A stretch of DNA of 64,000 bases from Chrysemys picta bellii (lineage: Eukaryota): positions 16,058,001 to 16,122,000 of the forward strand of contig NC_088804.1 of the NCBI RefSeq assembly GCF_011386835.1, written 5' to 3'. This document shows, one piece after another, positions 47,731-62,276 of the stretch. The translations under genes were made by a program, and so were the position numbers. The notes under the pieces are model-generated. The model saw nothing but the letters and a program-made list of their open reading frames with translations. It ran no database searches and was not told the DNA's origin. The first letter of the stretch is position 1, and each line of letters starts with the position of its first letter.

Positions 47731-48264
47731 AGAAATTGCTAGAAAAAATGGTTAAATAAATTGTTGTATTCAGAAAGTTCCAGATATGTTTTTCCTTGTC
47801 TCAGAAAAATAATGTTATAATTCTGCACAGAAAATAAATTACACATACCATTTAGTTTTGTAAGATATTTTCTTTTATAAAAAGTAAGTATAGAGGAAAG
47901 CTGTATTAGATTTAAAATTAGATCCTTAGCATACCAGATTGTTGTTTTTCATTATACACATCCAGTGTAAGCAATTTGGCTTTCTTGCAACAAATGAAAA
48001 ATATGTCATAATATGGATAAAACACATATTTCTGCCTGTGTAAGCGTATCCTTTTTTGATTGATCAAGCAGTGATTCTCTAAATGATACCACCTAGAGAT
48101 TGTTCTTTGCATTGATAAGTCTCAGGTTACAAATTCAAGACATACATCATCTCAGTATTTTCCTTGATAAACTCACGAAGCCTGATCAGTTCCCATTTAA
48201 GTAAAAGTTTTTGTTTCTTTCCTTTTACTATAATAGAATGATTAGAAGTACTTGGTGCTTAGAA

Positions 48265-48527
48265 GGAACATATGGTGTACTGGTTGAAGTAAAGAACTAG
48301 GAGTCAGGATATTTGGGTTCTATTCCCATTTCTGTCCTTAGATTGCTGTGTGACCTTGGGCAAGTCATTTACCCTTCCTGTGCCTCAGTGTCTGTATCTG
48401 TGAAAAGAGAGATGTTAATACTTCTGGTCCTTACGCTAGCGTTGTGAGGCTCAATTCGTTAATGTATGTAAAGTGCTTTGTGAGTCCCACTTAGAAGACA
48501 CTGTACAAGTGCATAGTAATTATTATT
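48265..48527 (+). mobile_element. MIR-like (CORE) SINE, near full length
   Basis: tRNA-like head, core tgtgtgaccttgggcaagtcatttacccttcctgtgcctcagt, L2-like tail gtaaagtgctttg...tacaagtgca...tattatt. Confidence 0.8.
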
Positions 48528-51500
48528 TTACTATATGTATAAATGTACTTGGGTATCCAATATAACCTCAATTTGTTTTAACAAATGAATGTTTCACTAC
48601 TGTTGCAATTTTTGTTCCCATCTAGTATTTCAATAGAACAGTTTAAAGATGTATCAGGTTGAAATAACACCGATTAACCGTATCTCCTCCTTGAAGACCA
48701 CAATTTTTTTGCAGATGATGTCTAGTCTATCTATGTCTATCTATTTTGATAGGCACATTATTACAATATTTACATGGGATTTCAATAATTTGAAATGAAT
48801 TAAAAATAAAGTGTAGTTCCTAGAATGATAGCCTATAGTCATCTTTATTGTATGTTAGGTAACTGCAGAGTTGTTCTAGATTTTTCAAGTTTAAACTATA
48901 TATAATTAAGCAATGATGGAATAAAAACTGAGAAATTGTTGTTCTGCAGTTCTATGAAAATCTCTTAGTGCTCTTCTGTTAAATATTTCTAAATCACTCT
49001 TTTTCTTTCCTAATGCAGTATTTTAAAAGAACACTGTTTTGCAGCTGACTTTTGCTGTGTTTTCCTGGGAATGTACTGATGCTTTTGGTATAACATGGAT
49101 TAGGAAGTCCTTGCTCTGCCTGTGGCCAAACATAGAACAGCGTCTGGTTTACGCATGGTAATAGGAATATATTTGTAAAAAATTGGATGTTATCCTTTGA
49201 TAGATCCTAGTCATTATTCTTTGTGTTTTATGTTTACCTCTCATTAGATATCACATTTAATAAAAACTCAGATTTCTTCCTGTGTTTAGTTTCTTAGGAG
49301 GAAAAGTATCTTTTACAAATCATTTCATATTTTAACTTCTTAAATTACTGTTGTTAAAGGTTTTGCTACAAGCTGTTAGGCTATGACTTTATTTATTCAT
49401 CACAGTAAATCAGTTTGGCAAAATGGTTTACCAATACAGACCATGATCTCTCATCTCTTCAGGCTCAAATCATTAAATCTTTGCACAGTTGGAGTTGGTA
49501 CAAGCTCTTATGTGGTTTGGTACTAATTCTTGTTTAGTATAAATCTAATAGCAAGGAATATTCTTGATTCTGGTCGAGGGAAATATTAATTTAAGGAAAT
49601 AAAGTAGAAACAGTCTTGTTGCTGTAGGAAAATTATTCCTACATTGCAACAGTTGTGCAATGCAGAGCATTGTATATTCTAATCTGTGTTTTTGTGTACA
49701 AATATATACCATTTGATATAAGAACATATACAATAGAGAGGATATAGTTATATGGAGGAAGAGTGGGCTGAAGGCTCATACCTGTGTAATATTTTTTAAC
49801 AGTTATCTAAATGTTAGGTCTAAAATTTTGATAGCTATGATGACATAAAAATACTGGTTATTTCTCTTGAATTATGTCTCTGCACTCTTAGAACATTGAT
49901 TAATTAATATGGTTTAGATAGTAAAAGTTTTAATTTGAAGGTAACATATTGAAGTACAAGATATTAATCGCACCAAAGATAACATGCTAATTAAAAGGTT
50001 CATGCACAGTTGTCTAAGGTTAACAGTGTGCGTTGAAATACTTGGAATGGAAACCTAATTATATTCTAGACTCAGAATGCTGTATTTTGTAAGGGAATGA
50101 AAGACATGTCTTTTGTGTTGTCCAATTTTCCTTTTCCTGGTCAGAAATCTTTTTGCATGTTGTTCCTTTGTAGTGAAGCTGCACAGATAAGAAAGAACAA
50201 ACATTATAAACCATTGATTTGGGCAATATAAATAGATTCACATTCAGAATTAGTTCCAAATGCAATTGCAAGGATCATATCAAAACAAACTTGATTTTTA
50301 TTTACAGTTTAAAAGAATAAGCAAAATACAGGCTTCTTAAATTTACCCATGTACTTACTGCAAGAAATCACAACATCCTTAAGAATGTCTAAAAGAAGTA
50401 TTTGTGTTTCTACCCATTAGACATATCAGTTTGGACAGTGGAAGCATGCACACTGTAATCCAAGAAACCAATCATAATTTTAGAATGCTGGTGCCTTAAC
50501 AGGTCAAGTGGTACACCCCGTCTGTGTTCTGGGCCAACTTCAGGTCTGTAATTTTAACAAGAAAGGAAAGGAAGAAAATGCAACTCCTGTGACCATGCTA
50601 TGATTTATTTCATTACAAGACAATTCTCAGCCACGCCAGTTTCCTCAGGTTTTTCCTTTAGGCTCAAAAACCTTTCAGGATCTTAGTGTCATCTCAGAGG
50701 AGGGAAATAAGAGCTTCTGGCACTATAAAGCCACAGACTTCCTCTAAAGGAAAACTGCACCCATTATTGGCTTCAGATTTCAGTGACGCCTATTTGCAGA
50801 TCAAGCCAACCAAAATGAAAGTAAATAGGAGATATACATGCATATGTCAGGTTAAAGACAAAAAGGGTTGTTGAATTATCTCCTCTTGGACATTTCCTTC
50901 TATCCATTCCCCACAAAGGCAAAGTTCTGGAATAGAAATAAAGCTTCAGTTTACTTTGTTAGGAGATCTCAGTAGAGTAAGGTAAGACCAACAACCTCCA
51001 CTGGCATAAAACTGGATTAAACAGTAGTGAATCACCTATGTATCTAGGTAAGGATCCAGGGCCTAAATCCTTCAGGAATGATTTTTATCTCCGACCAGTA
51101 TTACATCAGTGTAACTCCACTAACTTTGATAGAGTCCCTCCCAGTCATGAGGCAAGAATCAGGATGTAAAACTCTCTAGCTCATTGTTAAGATGTAACAC
51201 CTTTAAAATTGTAATTCTGTAAGGAGAATCATGAAAAGAAATTACGTATTTGTGAGATGATTCAAAAATACATAAAGAAAGGTTGAGGCTCACCTGGCCG
51301 TAAATGTCCTATGATGAGAGAGGAACAAAAGCTTTACATATTATGTGACTGAGGTCAATGAAGTTCTGTACCCAAAAAAACCCCAAAAAAACAATCAAAT
51401 GACTTCTTGTATCCAGGCTATTCTGTTCTGCTCATTGGGGTTCTGTAATATTGAATGAACTGATTCACTGAAAAATGGCTCTAGCCCTTAGAAGAGGTTA

Positions 51501-51917
51501 TGACACACTTGCTAAACCTTTGAGTGTGAATGTATTATGTAGCTGTTAATTTTCTGATTGGTTTAACAAACTAATTAAGGAGCCTAGCACAAAGAAGTGT
51601 AGAAAAGATTAAAAAATTAGTATTAGTGATTTTAGCTGTCAATTTCCTGTATATTCATGCTTCCATGGATATTGTCACCTTTCCATTCCCAAATTTGGCA
51701 TATAATTTGGTGGCCCTCTTTGTATTAGACCATGGCCCAGTGGTTTAATTTCCATGGTTGGCTTGGTCCTGTTGTTTTTACTTTTTTGGGGGCTGGTCTT
51801 GGTTAAACGGTTAAACGACTTAACACATCAAAAATCCTTCTTCCAGCAATCCTTAGACTTTTCCTCACAAACATTACAAATTCAATCTCGCAGATTTACC
51901 TTCTGTGGGATAGTGAA

Positions 51918-52045
51918 GTATTATTATCCCCAATTCCTAGACAGGTAACTGATGCAGAGAGAGTAACTTGCCCAGTGTCTCACAGGTATTCTGTTACAGA
52001 ACTAGGAACAGAACCCAGTTCTCTTGAATCCACTCTAGTGGTTTA
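51918..52045 (-). mobile_element. MIR-like SINE fragment
   Basis: ttattatccccaatt...gtaacttgcccagtgtctcacagg...gaacccagttctcttgaatcc. Confidence 0.6.
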
Positions 52046-53551
52046 ATTACAATATCATCCTTCCTCTCCTACTAAAGCATCTCTGGAAGATAGGTTAATA
52101 AATTTCCCACCAAATTAACTAAATATAACTTTAACAATATCCATGGAATATTACGTATAATTCTGGAAACCCACCCTCCACTTCCCTTCCCCAGATGATT
52201 TCCTTGCACGTAACCAATTAAATGATCAAATTGAGAAGTCTTTACAGTGGAGAAGAATCTCACTGGTCTCTCTAGGAACTTTGTCTGAGTAACAAGTAAA
52301 AATAAGGGCCCAGTTCTGAAAACACTTATTGCTGGGAACAGTGATTACTACCATAAAGCAATCCCATAGATCACTCTACAGCAAATCGTCTCAAACAGAT
52401 GTGAGTAATGGCAACTTGAACCAGACAAATAAAAATTCACAGGAGGACGTTCCCTTTGTTTTGATCTTCTGAGAAGCAGAATAGACACCTAGGGGCCTGA
52501 TCTAGACCTAAAATAACTCAACAACTACACACTGTTCAAAAAGTTATAAATGCAAATTCTCCAGACACTGATTTCACTGAAAAAAACGGGGCCTTTTTAG
52601 CATCAGTAAACTTGCAAGGAACAAGAGGTATCTGTTTTTTTCATAACGTTCTTTTACTTTGTTTTCTTTACCCTTTAGACTCGCCACAGCTCTTTGAGAT
52701 TTTTTTAATTTTTTTTCTTTATTCTTTTTACCTCAAGAGAAGAATTTGCAATCACTCAAGAGCATCAAAACCTATTCCTTCAGCTTCAAAAAATAAAAAG
52801 GTGCTTGAACTACAAAGCATGCGCTGACTCTGAAAAGACACATTCAGTAATACACACAAATGGCTTTACACTTACACAAATTCAGTAATAAAACAAAGAC
52901 TTCACCTTAGTATATAAACCGATGCATGTGCACGTACACTTTGTCTATATAGGCTTGAAAATCCAGGCCTTTGTTTATAATTTTTTCCGTTTGTTTGTTT
53001 AAAGGGTACACTCAGCACTACAGACAACTAATAATTTTTAGCAAAATGTATACATTTTTCTTTGAGAAATACAGAAATGGATTCAATATCCCATTAAATT
53101 AGTCACTTTATCTAGTATTCCAAATACAACCATTTCAAATGAGACTGTGGTAGCACCTCAGGTTTTTTCCATGAAAAATCCTTGTTTGAGTAGCAGTAAT
53201 TTTAAGATAACGAAGGATTCATCCTCTACTTTGTCCAAATGACTGGTTAATAAAAGCTTGGTCATTTTGAGCTGTTGCCAAAGTTCTGGATAATTTACAA
53301 AGTCTCAAGTTTCTAAGAGGTAAGTACCAAGAGGAGTGCCTTTGTTTTTATGCAAGCTCTGTTCATTATGGAATTGAGCACAGTGTTAACCCAAACAAAG
53401 AGGATACAAAAATACTAGTTTGAGTGAAGCAGATTCAATCATTCTGCGGCCCTAAAGCAACAGATATTTTAGTTCTTGTGTTTGAATATTGCCCAGTGGA
53501 CATGATTACTTCCAGCCAGGGGTACAACAGCAGCTAAAATAAGTTATCTAA

Positions 53552-53794
53552 GGGCTTGTCTTCTGGTACAGCGCTACAGTGCTTTAGTGAAGATGCTACT
53601 ATGCTGATGGGGGAGCGTCTCTTGTCAGACTAGTTAATTCACCTCCCCGAGAGCCGTTAGCTATGTCAGCGAGAGAAACTCTCCCATTGACAATAGCACT
53701 GTCTACATGCAGAGGTAAGTCGGTATAACTATGTCACTCAAGGGTGTTGATTTTTTTCACAGTAATATCAATATGTCTGTAGTGTACACCTGCC
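53552..53794. mobile_element. PIF/Harbinger-type MITE
   Basis: Degenerate TIRs gggcttgtcttc / agtgtacacctgcc flanked by TAA on both sides (53549-53551, 53795-53797). Confidence 0.65.
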
Positions 53795-54682
53795 TAAGAT
53801 GGCAATGATAGCTTAATACCTCAAGGCTTTTCTATTGCTGTTGACTATACCAGAAAATCTGCAAATAGGAGTTCCATTATAAGAATTGTCTTGGCAAGTT
53901 TAACTTTCAGTTCCAAGTTGGGGAGCGCACTGTCAAGAGAGATCAGTCGGGTACCATACAAGGAGAATGGTCAAAGGAAGAGAGGACAATGATAGACATT
54001 TTCTAGTTACTTGCTGTGTCTTTTGATCTTCCAGCTCCAAAGAGCTGTCTTTGCTACAGATGTTAATAAGAATGATTTATCAGTGGCAGTGTATTTGAAT
54101 GAAGCAGAAAAGGTCAGCAGCAATTCTTACCAAACAAGAGTCCTTCCAGATTCTGTTCTGGACAGCAAAATACCTATTGTCCATAAAAGCTGTATTTTTG
54201 GAATGTACATTAAACAAGAATGTGGATTAGCTGTGTCATTATTTGTTCATTTGGGGCTGCTCAGTGAGTATTCAAAATGAGTAAGGGAGCTAGAATGGGG
54301 CCCCATATTGCAGACAGCACGTGTCACACATGAAATGCACAGGGGGCTCCAGAGGATACATTTGTCTAAAAATATTAGGTATTTTTTTTTCTGTTTCAAT
54401 TTATTGTAAAGGGCCTGTGACAGAATTTACTGGCACAGTTGACTATTGGTGGACTTCCTAGACAAAAATGAGTTTGCAAAGTCACTATTGACTTTTCTGT
54501 ATCTCAGAATACCCTCCTTTTATGGTTAAATGGTTCTTTAGAAGTTGAGCTTTTCTCCCTTTAAATTTTTAGCCCTTGTTAGCCTTAGGGAATGCAGCTG
54601 GGGGTGGGGGATCCCTTTACCCTGACAATCCCCACTTACTGAAATGGACCCTGGGGGTTGTTCTGGAAACTGGCGCACCTTA

Positions 54683-54800
54683 GGGCGGGTTTACACTGGG
54701 AACTTACATAGGCATAGCTATGGGGAAAAACCCACACCCCAAGAGATGCAGCTATGCTGACCTAACCCTCACTGTAGACCATGCTAAGTAGATGGAAGAC
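54683..54800. mobile_element. Harbinger-type MITE fragment
   Basis: tta|gggcgggtttacactg terminus; internal similarity to 47578-47730. Confidence 0.45.
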
Positions 54801-57024
54801 ATGGCTGCTGTAGCATTTTAAATGAACAGTTACATTACGTTACTCTGGGTTGGCAGGCCAGATTGACACAGATTGGCCTACAAAGGTAGTTTAAAGATGC
54901 CTTTGTGCCCCACCTTCCTGAGCTGTGCTGGGTGTTCCTCAGTCCCAGCTTGGAGTCTGAACTGTAAAGAGGGAATTTCTTGGCCACTAAAGGTTAATCA
55001 GCTCATTTTCAGAGATGCTATTGGCTATCCACCTATCTGGATTGCTACAATGGACATGTAGTTAAGGAGTGTAGCTAAGGAGCAGAAATTCAATTTATAG
55101 GCAAACGTTAGGTTTCCATTCCATTCCATTAAAAATTGTGTCAAAAATATGACTCCGCTTTTAAAAATAACAACAATATGGTTCATACTCCAGTTCTGAT
55201 TTGTTGGGGGTTTGCTATTCTATACACAGAATCTGCCTACACTTCAAAATTCTGTTACCAGATTTCACTGAAAAAGCTTTCATTCTTCCCATGTTTATCA
55301 ATCCTTTAAAGAAGAAAGAAGGAAATTTTGTTCTTTCCTATGCAATGGCAACGTATAAGGTCAGCTCCAGTTTTTACCAAAGACAGTGACTTTGGTGGGG
55401 TTGCTAGTGTGCAGTATTTGTCCCAGATTCTAGATTAGTTTGGAATAAGTTATGGAACCAATTAATTATAGTGCAACCTTGCATACTTTTTTTTTAAACT
55501 AAATTTACTAGTTTCTAAATGGATTCAGTATCACATTAGAATCTTCCAGCTTAATTTGTTAAGTGCAAGAACCACTGCACTGTAATGTCAAACTTTAAAG
55601 GCCCAATTTTGAACAATATGGGAGCATAAATGTGCATGCAAAAAATTAGCATGCAAGTACAAGCCAATTTGCAGATGCAGCTTACCCTGGTTGCACATAC
55701 AAATTGAATATTTGCCCATGCAAATGCAGAGTTACAGATCTGTCAAGCTGTAAAAGATTAGTTGGCCTTTTGCTCTAAATGTTTCACCTATTCTCATTAG
55801 TGTTCTAATTAACTTATTAACTTATTTTTTCCACCTAGTTTCTCCATGTTTCTGCTTCTGCAACAACCATGTGTAAATCCCACTTGAAAATTTATAGACA
55901 CTTTTTTTCTTGATACCACACTGTTTCATATTTAAAAATAGAATAAGAAAAACTGAGGAAGGCAAAAAATATTTACTTTTTTAATGTAATAATTAGTGAA
56001 AAGTGCTGTTAAAATGTTACAGCAGAGGATAAAGAACATCTTAACAAAACTTCTTTATATTGTTTTTACACATTAGAATTTCTAAATGTTAATTCTGATG
56101 TCTGCTTCATCAGAAAGAAAGTACACGTTCAAAATTTTATGAAAAGACAATAATAGCATCACACCTTCCTGTAAAATATCAGATGATTTTTTCCATTGTT
56201 TATAACATCTGCTGAAAAGAATGCCTAAAGTGCCATGAATATTTTAAACATTTTCACAAATGTATATTCATAGTTCTCTTGAAATGTTACACATCATTAT
56301 TATTTTCCAAATTAAGTCATTAGCATAGATGCGGAAAATGTTATTTTATTAATTTTCAGTTTGATATTTTTTTCATAACAAGTTTAACCACTGTTTCCAC
56401 ATGTACAACATTGACACAGTCTAGTGAACACACTTGAATTTAGTGTGTTGGGTATATAGGACTCTGTTTTGATGGTTGATAACAATCACGCTGTAAGATA
56501 TGTTTTTCACTGTATAATGCAGAATACAGGTCACTGTAGGTAAACCTATTTTAATCATAGTTTCTGTGAACATAAATCCATTAACCTGCAGCGATAACCT
56601 CACTTTGAAGATTTGACATAAACAATACTGCATTATAAATCGTATAGTTTCATGACTGAACTGCATTTGGAAGGGCATTCTGAATAAAGTTAACAAAGTT
56701 ATAAAGAAGAAGTTCACTGGAGTTTAACCTCAATTGTCTGCTGTTTAGATACAGATGAATACTCAAGTTCTGTATAGTGAAACGCTCCTTCCATATATGC
56801 AGAATCTTGCATTGATGGGTACATAAGCATCATTTGTCCAATATGGCACAATTTCAATGTGCTTTTTTTCCCTTAAGGTGTTTGGCAAATCTTTTTTCAA
56901 GTTGCTTCAACAGTGCTCAGTCTAAGAGGCTCTCAAGTTACTCAAATCATCAAAGGCCATAACATTTTTCCTGACCGATAATGGGGATGTAATGGTCGTA
57001 GTGTTATGACGACACAACATTGCT

Positions 57025-60000
57025 GCTTCGTCAAATGATAGTCCCTATTGTATGCCACTCTATGTGCGCATGTGCTCTATGCACATGAGACTAGAAGATT
57101 TTTGCTTGCTTGCAGTATCCGTCGGTCCGCTCCTGCTCCTCTCTTTCCTGTGCGCTGAACTGGGGCGTAAGGCATGGTTCAGACTGACTGCGTCTCGAAT
57201 TTCTCTCTGCCACCCATGGACTGAGACCGAACCTCTTCAGTGTCCGCATCTTTTGCTAGCTTACCTATGCTTAAACTCAAGTTGTTTAAAAACTATATTT
57301 ACAATAGTTATTTACCATCTTTAGCTAGATTATAGTTGTTCAGGACCCTGCCCTCTTTTTTTAGGGATACCTATTATGCCCAAAGTCCTGAGTTTCAAGA
57401 ATTGTGTAGCTTGCCCGCAGCTTTTCCAGTCAGTGACTACTGTGACATATGTCTCTACTATCTCAAGAAAGCCCACATCCTCTGTATGTGCAGCATCTGC
57501 CAATCCTTTCCAAGCGGAACCTGTCCAGCCTGTGAGTACAGACTTTGAAGATTCCAAATGGATCATGCTCTGAGACCCCAGTCCAATCATGGCCCATCAG
57601 ACTACACTGTACCTTGGGCATAGGCCCTGAAAAATAACCCTCCAAGCATGGCAATCTCTGGCTCCAGAGCTGATAGGAGTAGAACAAAGGACTCTTCCAA
57701 ATGGGTATGAGGAGACTAAGAAACACTCTCACAAGAAACTAGAGAAATCTGCCTGTAGGTGCTCATCCAAAAAAAAAACCAAAAAGAAAAGACTTCCTCT
57801 CCAACACTCTGCAAGTCGAGTGAGATTCTCCACCCCAGTATAGGAGTGTCAGGAGATCATAGGGAGTGTATCACTGTATTCACAGCACCAAAATACAAGA
57901 GTACCCCAGAACTGGCGCTAAATGAAGGAGGGGGACCATCCCTGGGACCAGTGAGGGAAAAAATGACCGTGTATGCCTTCCACACTGGCTCTACCAACAT
58001 GGCATGAAAAGGAGTCATATATGTGAAGACCACAGCAACACTGGCTCTCCATAGAAAGAAAGACGCCTGACTCCATAAAATACCACCGGGGTCAAGACAA
58101 TCCTTTCCATGCAGGGAAGAATCTCAGCCGCCTCAAGAACTAATTGAGGAAGAGGAGGATCTGAATCAGGAAGAATCAGGTTGCCTGGCCTCATCATCTC
58201 CACTGCATGACTACAGACACCTTCAAGGACTACTACGGAGAATCCTACTCACATTCCAGATCCCTCATTAACTACTATAATCCTCCAGAGTGCTGGTCCT
58301 GTAGGGTGGCATTCCCAATTAATGAAGCCATCTTAGAACCAACTGCGATGGTCTGGCACAGTCCCGCCACTTATGCTCCCAGTCTGAAAAGAATGGAGAG
58401 GTGCTTTGTGCCATTTAAGGGAGCAGAATACGCACTATGCTCTGAACAGGCTAGTGGTGCAAGCCATTGCTGAAAAGAGCAGATAACCCCACCCTAGAAC
58501 AATGTTCAGCTTTGTACACTCTTTCTATCACCAAAGGGTGTACAAGCCACCCAGGAAGTGCAGCACAGCGGACATAATCTCCCACTTCATTCTCGTTCTA
58601 ACTCCAACCTCCTTCTAAGAAATACTCTAAAATATTTTTACGGGACTTCTGAGAGCTTCAAATCAGTCCCTATACCACATCTACGTGTTCAGGACCCTGT
58701 TCCCCAGTTTGGTGGCTGCCTAGGCATTTTTTCTCAGGGTTTGCGCCTGATAGGTGATTTCTGGAGATTAATCACCACTGGTTACATCCTTCTCCGTTTA
58801 TTTTCAGGGACCTTTTTCATGGGAGGATGCTCAGCACAGAGGGAAAGGATTTTATTTAAGATACCGGGTATTTCCTTCTTCCCAGGAGGAAGGGAGGATG
58901 GAAGCTGAGGATGGATCTCAGATTGCTGAACATCTTAATCCATTGCTTGAGGCTCAGTATGATCACCCCAGCATCTATAATTCCCTCACTGAACAAGGGT
59001 GATTGGGTCACAGCTCTTGATTGAAAGGATGTTTACTTTCACATAGACATCCATCCTGCACACAGGAGACTCCTAAGATTCACTATGGGCCAGTACTACT
59101 ACCAATACAGAGTGATCCCTTGGCTTTGTAGGAGTGCCAAGGGTATTCACAAAGGTGTTATTGATAATGGCTGCCCACCTCCACTAGCAGGCGTTCACTG
59201 TGTTCTCCTACTTTGATGGCTGGTTACTCAGAGAGAAATCTCATCAGGAGCTATGGATGATTACCATGTCTCCTACACTCTTTTGGACCCCAAGTAAACA
59301 TAGAAAAGTCCACTTTAGTTCCCACAGAGAGAACAGATATATTTGGGGTAAACTTAGACACAATCTGTGTCAAGGTATATTAGCCTCAGGGCAGATTCCT
59401 GGTTATGAGGAATCTCATTACTCACCTCTGGCTGAGCTCCCAGGTGGCCCAGACAATACTGGTTCCTGAGTATTCTCCAGATGTCCATCTGCCTTATCTC
59501 CATTTACAGCTTTCCTCCAGACCTGTTGACTCAAGGCAGAGGCAACATCAAACATTTCAATCAAGCACTCTTTCACCCAATGACGTGATATTTGGATGGA
59601 AAATGAACCTACAGAAGTCACGTTTGGTGGTGGTACAATCCATACTTAGCAATAGTAGGATGAATGCTATGAGAAAATACTACACCTCAAAGTGGAAAAG
59701 ATTTTCCATCTGGTGCCAACATCATTGGAAAACCCCAGAGGATGCCAACATCTTGTCATTTTTGACTACCTTCTCTCCTTAAAAATTCCAGGTCTATCCC
59801 TTAGATCTCTGCAGTTTCGCTTCACAACTGTCAATGTCTTTTACTTTCCAGTGGTCAACCATTCAGTCTTTGCCTGTCCTATTATAATATGCTTTCTAAA
59901 AGGCCTGGTTAGAAACTTTCTTCCAATAAAAAAACCTACCCCAACATGCTCAATCTAATCATATTGACATTGTCAAGGGAGGAGAAGCGATCTCTTCTCA

Positions 60001-60517
60001 GAGACTTTCCATATGGATTCCAGGCTGCATTCTGCTTTGCTATGACTTAACACCAATCCATCCCCCCAAAAATATGAGGGCCCACTCAACTAGAGCCTCA
60101 GCTGCATTGGTAGCATCACTTTCTGATGTCTCTGTTAGAAACCTGTAGAGGGGCAACATGGGGCTCCGTTCACAGCTTTGTGAAGTATTATGTCCTAGTG
60201 CAAATTTCTACTGCTGATGCATCCTTTAGCAGAGCAGTCCTGCAGTCACTGTTACAACAGGTGTCCTCAAACCCATCTCCTCAGCATATACTGCTTCTGA
60301 GTCATCTAAAATGGAATACACATAGAGACCATCACTTGAAGAAGAAAGAAAGATTAGTTACTTTGTCCTGTAACTGGAGTACTTTGAGATATGTGGTCCC
60401 TGTCTGTATTCGACTACCTACTCACCTTCCCTTCTGCTGCATAATTAATCTGGGGGTGTAAGTAAACCCAGTTTTGTTGAAGATGCTCATCTCCGAAGAA
60501 CAGAAGTGAAAGTTAAC
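57025..60517 (+). mobile_element. Degraded DIRS1-like tyrosine-recombinase retrotransposon
   Basis: Gag Cys-rich N-terminus (MPKVLSFKNCVAC...PVSDYCDICL...CSICQSF, 57376-57510); RT motifs GKGFY...KGGWKLRMDLRLLN, YQYRVIP..PRVFTK and degenerate FSYFDGWL (YLDD); YR N-terminal KYYTSKWKRFSIWC...DYLLSLK...FLKGL; YR C-terminal AHSTRA...ETCRGATWGSVHSFVKYY; inverted terminal/ICR-like segments at ~57025-57058 and 60313-60415. Many frameshifts and deletions. Confidence 0.88.
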
Positions 60518-60644
60518 AAACACATATGGAGGATTCAGTGTTTCTCAGAATCCACAAGCCAGTTTCTCTTGAGTCTCTCGGTGTTGAGGGTCACCTGTGT
60601 GGAGCTGCATTAGGCCAATCTACCCCTGTAATAATCATCCTAAC

Positions 60645-61180
60645 TAGGGCCTTACCAAATTCATGGTCCATTTTGGTCAATTTCACAGTCAGAGGATTTT
60701 AAAAATCGCACATTTCATGATTTCAGCTATTTAAATCTGAAATTTCATGGTGGTGTAATTGTAGGGGCCCTGACTCAAAAAGGAGTTGTGTGTGGGGGAG
60801 TCACAAGGTTATTGTAGGGGGGGTTGCAGTACTGCTACCCTTACTTCTGCGCTGCTGCTGGTGGCAGCGGTGCCTTCAGAGCTGGGCACCTGGAGAGCAG
60901 CAATGGCTGGCCGGGAGCCTAGCTCTGAAGACAGAGCTACTGCCAGCAGCAGCATAGAAGGAAGGATGGCAGTACTGTGACCCCCCCCCTAAAATAAACT
61001 TGTGAACCCTCCTGCAACTCCCTTTTGGGTCAGGACACCTAATTTGAGAAACACTGGTCTCCCCTGTGAAATCTGTATAGTATAGGATAAAAGCACACAA
61101 AAGACCAGATTTCATGAGAGAGAACCAGATTTCATGGGCCATGACATGTTTTTCATGGCCGTGAATTTGGTAGGGCCCTA
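60645..61180. mobile_element. Non-autonomous hAT element with 8-bp TSD
   Basis: TIRs tagggccttaccaaattcatggtc / ggccgtgaatttggtagggcccta; flanks atcctaac (60637-60644) and atccataac (61181-61189, one extra base). Confidence 0.88.
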
Positions 61181-61689
61181 ATCCATAACCATTGTTAGAG
61201 GTAGGGATGAGGTGCCCACTCAAGCACAAGAAGAGACCAAGGCATATAGCCTCACAAGTAGAGACGACAAAGCAAACACTTAGAAACTTTGAGACATCCA
61301 AGAAGGCCAGAAGGCCTTAAGTATCCAGACACTTTCTAATAATAGGAAACAAATCCTCTGCCATGGCATACTTGAACAGACAGGGTGAACTGATTTCCTC
61401 ATTTTTCAAAGAGAGGCTCAGTTTCTATTGATATGGGCATGTATAATGCATATCAAAGGGGAAAACTATCTAATAGCCGATAAACTCAGATGGAATGGAG
61501 CTTGATCAATCAGTTTCTTATGAATTCTACATTTTCTTCTAAAAGTCTGGGGAAAACGTTGACAGGAGTTGCTACTGTTTGATCACTTAAGATATTGTAC
61601 TGTCAGCAAAGCAGTATTTGGATAGAGGCTAAAATGGAGTCCTCGCTCATGCATACTACAGTATATGCTATAATTATGTATTATTTTTA

Positions 61690-61770
61690 TGGTAGTGCTC
61701 AGTATGTGCTAGGTGCTTTTCAGACTGACACGAAGAAAAGGTCCCTGTCCTGAGACGCTCACAAGATAAG
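61690..61770 (-). mobile_element. L2-like 3' tail fragment
   Basis: gtgctcagtatgtgctaggtgcttt...ggtccctgtcctgagacgctcacaa is similar to the reverse-complemented L2 3' end. Confidence 0.45.
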
Positions 61771-62071
61771 AACATAGAGAAATAGGGGTTGACCTTGTAT
61801 TCCTTACTCGCACAAATATTCCTTTTTACTTGGGTAGCTCTACTGGCTACAAAGGGACTATTTGTGTGAGCATAATAGACCTGGAGAGGCTTCTGTTTGG
61901 TTCATTTTTCCTTCATCATCTGGTACTGAACTAGATTTAAAAAAAAAAGGAGCTGCTTTTTGTGCGGTAGATTTAGTTAGCCTGTTGAAGTGTCTGCCAT
62001 GAAAGGAATCTGTTTCATATGCCTAAAAAATTACATCTTTGTCCTTTTCCATTGAATTTGATGAATGTAAT

Positions 62072-62276
62072 GGGGGGAGGGATAGCTCAATGGTTCGAGC
62101 ATTGGCCTGCTAAACCCAAGGTTGTGAGTTCAGTCCTTGAGGGGGCCACTTAGGGATCTGGGGCAAACATTAGTACTTGGTCCTGCTAGTGAAGGCAGGG
62201 GGCTGGACTCAATGACCTTTCAAGGTCCCTTCCAGTTCCATGAGATAGGTATATCTCCATATATTATTATTATTAT
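62072..62276 (+). mobile_element. Tortoise PolIII/SINE, full length, inside TOX3 intron 1
   Basis: Box A tagctcaatgg (62083), box B gagttcagtcc (62126-62136), CR1-like tail, (TAT)n end; differs from the 12030 copy by an extra ttaggg segment. Confidence 0.9.
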
